This document shows, one piece after another, positions 57,806-64,000 of a DNA stretch of 64,000 nt. The first letter of the stretch is position 1, and each line of letters begins with the position of its first letter. The position numbers and the translations under genes are program-made. The notes beneath the pieces were generated by a model. That model had not been told where the DNA came from. It searched no databases and was given only the letters and a program-made list of their open reading frames with translations. The stretch is from an uncultured bacterium (GTDB lineage Bacteria > Oederibacteriota > Oederibacteriia > Oederibacteriales > Oederibacteriaceae), in contig OZ218778.1 of assembly GCA_965112635.1 (NCBI GenBank), positions 2,144,001 through 2,208,000 on the forward strand, in the 5' to 3' direction.

Positions 57806-58243
57806 ATGTCCCCGGGCTCTCATGTGGCGGCCAGCGTGACCGCGGCCGCGATCATCAAATATTTTGTCCCCGGCTGGGAAGCTTGCCTGGCCTGTCTGCT
57901 CGTCGGTATTTTTATCGACGCAGACCACTTCTTGGATTTCTATTTGGAACCCAAAGTGAACCATGACCTGAGAAATTTTTACAGGCTGTGCCAGGAGTGC
58001 GCTTTTAAAAAGGTCAGGCTGGTCCTCCATTCCTGCGAGCTCATCATCCCTTTTGGCCTGCTGTTTTATTTTTACGGGGCGCGGCCCCTGCTGGTAGGGA
58101 TCTTTATCGGCTATTTGCACCATCTCATCCTGGATAACTTGTTCAACCCGGTCAAATCACCTTACACATATTTTTTAACTTACCGCTGGCGGAAAGCTTT
58201 TCAGATGTCTGAATTTTTTATTCAAAAAAGGAAGGCAAGATGA
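57806..58243 (+). CDS. Small membrane protein with metal-hydrolase-like His/Asp motifs (YdjM-like)
   Basis: N-terminal H, DADH, LHS.E, HHLILD within hydrophobic segments. Confidence 0.6.
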   Translation: MSPGSHVAASVTAAAIIKYFVPGWEACLACLLVGIFIDADHFLDFYLEPKVNHDLRNFYRLCQECAFKKVRLVLHSCELIIPFGLLFYFYGARPLLVGIFIGYLHHLILDNLFNPVKSPYTYFLTYRWRKAFQMSEFFIQKRKAR

Positions 58244-59118
58244 TACCTCCCGAGATATTGAACCGGCTGAAAAGGGTGGAGCTGTCCACCAAAAAACTGG
58301 TCCAGACAACCATCCACGGCGGGTATCTGAGCACATTCAAAGGACAGGGTATTGAGTTCGACCAGGTCAGGGAATATGTAGAGGGGGACGATATCCGTTC
58401 CATTGACTGGAATGTGACGGCCAGGTTCAACCACCCTTATGTTAGGACCTATATCGAAGAAAGGGAATTGCTAGTTCTACTGGCCGTGGATGTGTCCGGA
58501 TCATTCGGTTTCGGTACGCAACAACAACTCAAAAGAGAATTGGCCCTAGAATTCTGCGCCTGCGTGGCCTTTTCCGCACTGCAGAGCCATGACCGGGTCG
58601 GTCTTTTGCTATTCTCCGACCAGGTGGAAAAGTTCATTTCGCCCCGTAAGGGCCGCCGGCATATTATGAGGATGATGAGGGAACTTCTGTATTATCAACC
58701 CCGGCACAGCGCCACGGATATCAACAGTTTCCTGCAGTACACGGCCAGAACTTTCAAGAAAAGCGCCACAGTTTTTATGGTCTCGGATTTTATCGTGGAT
58801 TCAATCCATGAGTCCCTCCTGCAGCGGGTCGCCAAGAAACACGACCTCATTGCTGTGACCATCAAGGACCTAGCCGAGGAACAGATGCCCAGGTTCGGGC
58901 TAATCAGGCTGAGGGACCCGGAAACAGGGGTCCTGCGCTTGGTGGACACTTCCAGTCCCCGGGTGCTCCAGGCCATCCAGAGCCTCAGCCAGAAACGCTC
59001 GGCCAAAATGGCCCAGGTGTTCAAAAAGAACGGAATTGACTCCATCGGCCTATATACGGGTCAGGACCCCGTTAAACCTCTCATCCGATTTTTTAAAGAA
59101 AGGGAAAAAGCCAGGTGA
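58240..59118 (+). CDS. DUF58 family protein
   Basis: GIEFDQVREYVEGDDIRSIDWNVTAR, EEREL, DVSGS, SDF. Confidence 0.95.
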   Translation: MIPPEILNRLKRVELSTKKLVQTTIHGGYLSTFKGQGIEFDQVREYVEGDDIRSIDWNVTARFNHPYVRTYIEERELLVLLAVDVSGSFGFGTQQQLKRELALEFCACVAFSALQSHDRVGLLLFSDQVEKFISPRKGRRHIMRMMRELLYYQPRHSATDINSFLQYTARTFKKSATVFMVSDFIVDSIHESLLQRVAKKHDLIAVTIKDLAEEQMPRFGLIRLRDPETGVLRLVDTSSPRVLQAIQSLSQKRSAKMAQVFKKNGIDSIGLYTGQDPVKPLIRFFKEREKAR

Positions 59119-60134
59119 AATTTTTATATCCCCAGTTTTTTTGGGTCTTGGTCCTTCTTTTGCCATTACTGGTATATTTGGAAATTAAATCTTTAAGGCG
59201 GGGAGGGAGTTTTACTTATTCGGCCCTCCGGGGACTGCCTTCTTGGAGGTTCACGAGGGGCTTCGTAGGCAGGTATTTTTTGATCATGGTCAAGGGGGCC
59301 GTTGTGATCCTGTTGGTCGCTGTGTTGGCCCGGCCGCAGACCGAGGTCAAAGAGACTGAGGAAAAATCAAAAGGTATTCAGATCGTCCTGGCTCTGGATA
59401 TTTCAGGAAGTATGCGAGCCGAAGATTTCAAGCCCCAGAACAGGGTCCAGGCGGCCAAGGCCGTCATGACCGATTTTATCAAAGGGCTGCAGGGAAATGA
59501 CCAGGTAGGTTTGGTGGTATTCGCAGGCCGCAGCTTCACCCAGTGCCCACTGACTTTGGATAAAGAGATCGTCGCCAATTTCATTAATCAGGTAGAAGTG
59601 GGGACCGTGACAGTCGACGGCACGGCTATGGGTGACGGCTTGGTCAATAGTGTCAATGTCTTGGACAAGGAGCCAGGAAAGAGCAAGGTGGTCATTTTGG
59701 CCAGTGACGGGGTCAACAATACTGGCGTGCCCCCATTGGAGGCGGCACGCCTGGCCGCGACCAAGGGGATCATTGCGTACACGATCGGGATCGGACGCAA
59801 AGGAGGAGCACCCATGCCCTACATAAACCCCTTTGGCCAAAAACAATATTTGATAGATCCCCGAACTGGGGGGGTGTATATGGTTGAAGAGCCGGATGAA
59901 AAAACCCTGCAGGCTATCGCGGACATGACCGGGGGCCAGTATTTCAGGGCGACCGATGAAAAAAAATTGGCTGAGATATACTCCCGCATCTCCCAGATGA
60001 CCAAGGAAGAATTTTCACAAAAGATCTACACCCGTACAAATGAAGATTATTTCCCATTTTTGATGGCCGCGGTAGGTCTGTTGATTTTTTATTTCTTACT
60101 AGACGAGTTTTGGTTCAAGATTTTACCAGCTTAG
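59115..60134 (+). CDS. BatA-like VWA protein
   Basis: MKF.YP, LARPQ, MIDAS DISGS, PLTLD, GTAMGD, SDG.NN, C-terminal TM. Confidence 0.9.
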   Translation: MKFLYPQFFWVLVLLLPLLVYLEIKSLRRGGSFTYSALRGLPSWRFTRGFVGRYFLIMVKGAVVILLVAVLARPQTEVKETEEKSKGIQIVLALDISGSMRAEDFKPQNRVQAAKAVMTDFIKGLQGNDQVGLVVFAGRSFTQCPLTLDKEIVANFINQVEVGTVTVDGTAMGDGLVNSVNVLDKEPGKSKVVILASDGVNNTGVPPLEAARLAATKGIIAYTIGIGRKGGAPMPYINPFGQKQYLIDPRTGGVYMVEEPDEKTLQAIADMTGGQYFRATDEKKLAEIYSRISQMTKEEFSQKIYTRTNEDYFPFLMAAVGLLIFYFLLDEFWFKILPA

Positions 60135-60162
60135 AACAGCAGGCGGAGAGAAGGGTGGGTCC

Positions 60163-62001
60163 ATGGATTGGCTTTATCCCCAAGTTTTTCTGATCCTGGT
60201 CTGTATGGCGCTGCCGACTATTGGGCTTGGCCTGTGGCTGGCTGAGAGGAAAACCAGAAAGGCCAAAGGTATTTTTTGTAGCCCCAACCTATGGCAAAAA
60301 ATGGAAAACAACAACCAGGCCTGGAGGTTGTTAACAAAAAGGGTGTTTTTTGTTGGTGCCGTTGTCCTAATCTTATTGGCTTTAGCGCGACCCCAGGGAG
60401 GTATCAGTTACGAGGAGGTCAACACCGAAGGTTTGAATATTCTTATAGCTTTGGACACTTCTTCCAGCATGAAAGCGATGGATTTTCAGCCAGGCAACCG
60501 CCTAGAGGCCGCCAAGCTGGTCCTGTCCTCGTTCATCCGAAATCTGAAGGGCGACCGAGCCGGTTTGATCGTTTTTGCGGGGGGCAGCTTTGTCCAGTGT
60601 CCCCTGACCATGGACCATGACACCTTATTGATGTTGCTGGACCATGTGGATTTCAATACCGTAGAGCACGACGGCACCGCCATCGGAGATGCCATTGAAA
60701 CTGCGGTCAATGCTTTTGGCAAAGAAGAGAACCGGTCCGCTGTTTTACTCCTTCTGACCGACGGTGAAAATAATCAAGGGGTTGATCCCATAGGGGCAGC
60801 CCAAAAAGCAGCCAAGAACGGGATCAGGATATTTACCGTGGGGATTGGGACTCCCGGAGGGGCGAAAATTCCGGAAGGCTATGATATGTGGGGAAGACTG
60901 GAATATAAGAGATTCCAGGGTCAGGAGGTGGTGACCACTCTGGACGAAGCCCTGCTTAAAAAAATTGCCTCTTTGACTGGCGGGGAATACACTTTTGCCA
61001 GTAGCACGGATGCCTTGGCTCACGTGGCCAGACGAATTCAAACTTTACAAAAGAGTGTCTTTAAAACTAAACGCAGGAAGCAGTCAGAGGATCTTTATCC
61101 TTATTTTGTGGCTGGAGCTTTGGCGCTATTGCTTTTGGAATTGATATTTCACCTTATTTCATTAAAAATACCTGGATTTTCCAGGCTGGGGTTCTATTTG
61201 ATTATGGTTTTTGTTTTTTTCAGTTCCATGGGCATGGGAATACCGGCTTATTTAGATAACAGGTCAGGAAATAAGATGTTTAGCCAGCAGGATCTCGAAA
61301 ATGCCCGGGACAGGTATATGCAGGCAATAAATGAAGACCCTAATTTTGCTGAATCGTATTATAATCTTGGTAATGTTTTTTACCGCCAAGGAAATTTTGA
61401 TCAGGCGATAGAAAATTACGAGAACTCACTGGCCAAGAAATCGGGCCTGTTCGAAGCTTGTTACAACGAAGGAAACGCCTACTATAAAGAAATGGCGTGG
61501 GAAAAGGCTGTCGGTTGTTATGAAAAGGCTTTAACTCTCAGACCAGATGACGAGGATGCCAAATACAATCTTAATCTGGCCAGGAAAAAGCTGAAGTCCA
61601 GTCCGAACGAGCAGCACAAGGATAAAGAACAAAAAAAGTCCCAAAAGAATTCCAAGGACCAGGGAAAACAAGGGAAGTCCAAAGATGAGAAACAGAACCA
61701 GGAGGAGCAGGGAAGCCAAGGACAGGAGAGCCAGAAGCAAGGCCAACCCAAGTATAAGAAAATGACTGAAAGCCAGATGAAGGAGCTTGAGAAAATTGTT
61801 AAAAACCAGTCCAAACAATACGAGAGCTCTTTTCATCCTGAAGCAAAAAAAGGCAAACAACAGAAACGTGATATGTTCAGCCAGTCGCCAGAAGATCAAA
61901 TTGACCAGATGCGCCAAATGATGGGATTGCCTCCCATCTTTGGGGGCAGAACCCAAGATCGTTCTGACAAAAAAGGCGCACAGGAGGAGAAAAATTGGTG
62001 A
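60163..62001 (+). CDS. BatB-like VWA fused to BatC-like TPR and Q/K-rich tail
   Basis: LARPQ, DTSSSM, TDGENN; two TMs; TPRs YYNLGNVFY, YNEGNAYY, AKYNL; Q/K-rich linker; ends EKNW. Confidence 0.88.
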   Translation: MDWLYPQVFLILVCMALPTIGLGLWLAERKTRKAKGIFCSPNLWQKMENNNQAWRLLTKRVFFVGAVVLILLALARPQGGISYEEVNTEGLNILIALDTSSSMKAMDFQPGNRLEAAKLVLSSFIRNLKGDRAGLIVFAGGSFVQCPLTMDHDTLLMLLDHVDFNTVEHDGTAIGDAIETAVNAFGKEENRSAVLLLLTDGENNQGVDPIGAAQKAAKNGIRIFTVGIGTPGGAKIPEGYDMWGRLEYKRFQGQEVVTTLDEALLKKIASLTGGEYTFASSTDALAHVARRIQTLQKSVFKTKRRKQSEDLYPYFVAGALALLLLELIFHLISLKIPGFSRLGFYLIMVFVFFSSMGMGIPAYLDNRSGNKMFSQQDLENARDRYMQAINEDPNFAESYYNLGNVFYRQGNFDQAIENYENSLAKKSGLFEACYNEGNAYYKEMAWEKAVGCYEKALTLRPDDEDAKYNLNLARKKLKSSPNEQHKDKEQKKSQKNSKDQGKQGKSKDEKQNQEEQGSQGQESQKQGQPKYKKMTESQMKELEKIVKNQSKQYESSFHPEAKKGKQQKRDMFSQSPEDQIDQMRQMMGLPPIFGGRTQDRSDKKGAQEEKNW

Positions 62002-63185
62002 AGCGTAATGTTGAAGAAAAACCCAGCAGAACTTGGATTTATTTATTAGTGGTCGTCGTTTTGTTACTTGCGGGAGTAGCGGGGTGGTGGTCCTACCAAG
62101 CGGGCCTTTGGGGCGGGCTGCCTTTGGTGGAAAGGTATAAATTCTCCGATGAGCGCATCATGAGTTATTGTGTTGGAGGGGAGGGTGACAAGTTCGTCCT
62201 GTGGTTGAGCACCGATAAAGGCAGGCTTTACGCTTTTGACAATGAATTGGGACTTTTGTGGAAAAGCGATCCCGGTTATGGGCAGAACGAGTGGGTGATC
62301 GTGGCTTCCAAGAACAGCATTTCCAGGGACGGGAGCCATCTGGTCGCAGGGAATATCTTTAATCAATTGGAAAGCAAGCGAACGAAGAACAAACTTTTTT
62401 GCTACAACCGTTCCGGGAATATAGATTGGGTGAAGGAATTTAATTCCAGGACAAGCCTCCCTTTTATTTCTCCTGACGGCAAAAGGATCATTGCCTGGAG
62501 CGAGGGAAAACTAGTCCAATTCTACGATATAACGGGCAAGCTGTTATCGACTTATCGGGTCAATGCAGGCGAGATCAGTGATATAGGTTTTGCAGCTGAT
62601 TCGCCTAATTTCGCGGTCCTGACCAGCAAGGCGGTAATCTTTTTTATCAAAACGGAGCAGCGGGTCATATCCATCCCCAGGGAAGGCATTCCCTATGAAC
62701 ATATATCCATGAACAACAGCGGGACCCAAGTATTGATCAGTGGCGGCAAAAATATCGAAGTATGGGATAAGGCAGGGAAAATGGTTAAAAAATTCGAAGG
62801 CCACCGTTCCAACTTCGGATGCTTTACTTCTCGCGGGGATTCCTTGTTCATGGGTATTTCTTACGACTATCCCAAGGGAGAACTGCAGTTCTACGACTTG
62901 AAGGCGGATAAGATGATGCAGTCCCTCAATATATTTCCGCCCGTGGCCAGCTATGTTGACACTGACGAAGCCGGCCAATATGTAGTTTTTGGAAAATCTT
63001 TAGGCAATGAAGAAAGTGACAAGAAAAATTTCTACCTCTTGAGTTCCAAGGGAGAGAAGATATGGGCTGGTCGTATCGCCAATGCGGACCTTTGGCCCAA
63101 AATATCCTTGGACGGCAAGCTTGTCGCAGCAGTTGCCGATGAATACAGGCTTCTTTTATATAAGACCAGCAAAGAAAAGCAGTGA
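61995..63185 (+). CDS. Membrane-anchored WD40/PQQ-like beta-propeller protein
   Basis: N-terminal TM; ISRDG, ISPDG, ISLDG and G-x-x-x-W repeats. Confidence 0.7.
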   Translation: MVKRNVEEKPSRTWIYLLVVVVLLLAGVAGWWSYQAGLWGGLPLVERYKFSDERIMSYCVGGEGDKFVLWLSTDKGRLYAFDNELGLLWKSDPGYGQNEWVIVASKNSISRDGSHLVAGNIFNQLESKRTKNKLFCYNRSGNIDWVKEFNSRTSLPFISPDGKRIIAWSEGKLVQFYDITGKLLSTYRVNAGEISDIGFAADSPNFAVLTSKAVIFFIKTEQRVISIPREGIPYEHISMNNSGTQVLISGGKNIEVWDKAGKMVKKFEGHRSNFGCFTSRGDSLFMGISYDYPKGELQFYDLKADKMMQSLNIFPPVASYVDTDEAGQYVVFGKSLGNEESDKKNFYLLSSKGEKIWAGRIANADLWPKISLDGKLVAAVADEYRLLLYKTSKEKQ

Positions 63186-63235
63186 AACCCATCTAAATCA
63201 AAAGATCTACTCCTCTTTTTTTCATCAAGCTGTTT

Positions 63236-63251
63236 TGTGATTTAAATCACA
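63236..63251. promoter_or_regulatory. CRP/FNR-family-type operator palindrome
   Basis: TGTGATTTAAATCACA is a perfect 16-bp palindrome matching TGTGA-N6-TCACA; TATAAT at 63280-63285. Confidence 0.55.
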
Positions 63252-63340
63252 TTCCTTCATCACATTCCTGATTTTGCCATATAATAGTTTTATCTCATTA
63301 ATCAGGCGGAAACATTGAAGAGAGCGTTTTTGTTTTTAAA

Positions 63341-63559
63341 ATGGTTTTTTTGCCTAGAAAGACCGTTTTCTTGACGATCTTGGAGTTGCTCTTGTTTCTT
63401 TCCTCCAATAGTTTACGGGCAGATACGCCGACCGACACTGACTCTGAGTTTGAGCGTGGGCATCGGGTTGAGGGTGGAACCCTACGAGGTGGATTACGCG
63501 CTGGGGTATGCCAATATGTGGGATTGCTGAACAGGATCTCTCTCGGAATAAAATTCTAG
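63341..63559 (+). pseudogene. Chimeric remnant: signal peptide plus DTPT start joined to a PorV/PorQ-like C-terminus
   Basis: MVFLPRKTVFLTILELLLFLSSNSLRA-DTPTDT; +1 frame from 63438 reads LTLSLSVGIGLRVEPYEVDYALGYAN; original frame ends VGLLNRISLGIKF*. Confidence 0.6.
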
Positions 63560-63572
63560 GTCAAGAGGCGAC

Positions 63573-64000
63573 ATGGCGGTTAGGATAAAATTCGGAAAAC
63601 AAGCAGGGCTTGCGGTGGCCAGGGTCATCCAGAGCTGCGTGTTGCTGGGCGCCCTGGCCGGGCTGGTCCTGCTGGCCACACGGATAGGCGATCCGACGCA
63701 AAAGGTGCCGCCTGCCTTCAAGCAGATCAAGGTGAGCAGTCCTGATAAGCAGGTCAGCGTGAGCGCCAAGTACAGGCTAGCGGATCAGGTCTCCAGCTTT
63801 TCCGGCAAGAAACCCATTGAGCAGCTCATTGACGTGAAAAATTCAACCCAGAACAGCAAAAGAGTGCCAGTGGTCCTGTTCCAGCGCATTGAAAGCACTA
63901 AGGTAATCTATGAGGATAAAGAGTACGAGCTGCCTGATAAGGGCCATGCCCTGGTATTCAAAGCCCATGTGGAGAATGAAAGGCCTGCCAAGAACTATCC
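63573..64000 (+). CDS. Hypothetical membrane-anchored or secreted protein (truncated by window edge)
   Basis: ATG after GAGG; open to the window end: MAVRIKFGKQAGLAVARVIQSCVLLGALAGLVLLATRIGDP...; hydrophobic N-terminal segment. Confidence 0.7.
   Translation, partial: MAVRIKFGKQAGLAVARVIQSCVLLGALAGLVLLATRIGDPTQKVPPAFKQIKVSSPDKQVSVSAKYRLADQVSSFSGKKPIEQLIDVKNSTQNSKRVPVVLFQRIESTKVIYEDKEYELPDKGHALVFKAHVENERPAKNY

Noticed and set aside
61600-61760. Q/K/E-rich low-complexity stretch
   Set aside because: Normal BatC-type linker, not a DNA repeat array.

Overview
Mostly core-genome DNA from an uncultured-looking diderm bacterium (LptE, outer-membrane beta-barrels, TolB-like propellers) with Firmicutes-like gene orders; the taxonomy cannot be fixed from this window. 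Housekeeping blocks: priA-def-fmt-htpX, accA (one-base frameshift)-nfeD-SPFH-pfk, speD-speE-decarboxylase, dprA-topA, lptE-holA/rpsT/murJ, trxB, sppA, xseA-xseB-ispA-DUF212-dxs and a Bat-type MoxR/DUF58/VWA operon. Accessory content: an ~11 kb lipid-linked glycosylation locus with two GT39/PMT-like-PA14 fusions, and two intact gene pairs made of a secreted protein with a FlgD-Ig/T9SS-like C-terminal domain followed by a PorV/PorQ-like barrel. At 63.3-63.6 kb there is what looks like the deletion scar of a third such pair. Other signals: a ~63-nt double-hairpin insert in frame inside priA, a strong AT-rich trough centred on core genes near 21-25 kb, a PPi-type PFK signature and a Thermus-type aminopropyltransferase. 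No rRNA, tRNA, CRISPR array, transposase or phage gene was seen. All family assignments come from motif recognition by eye; no database searches were run.
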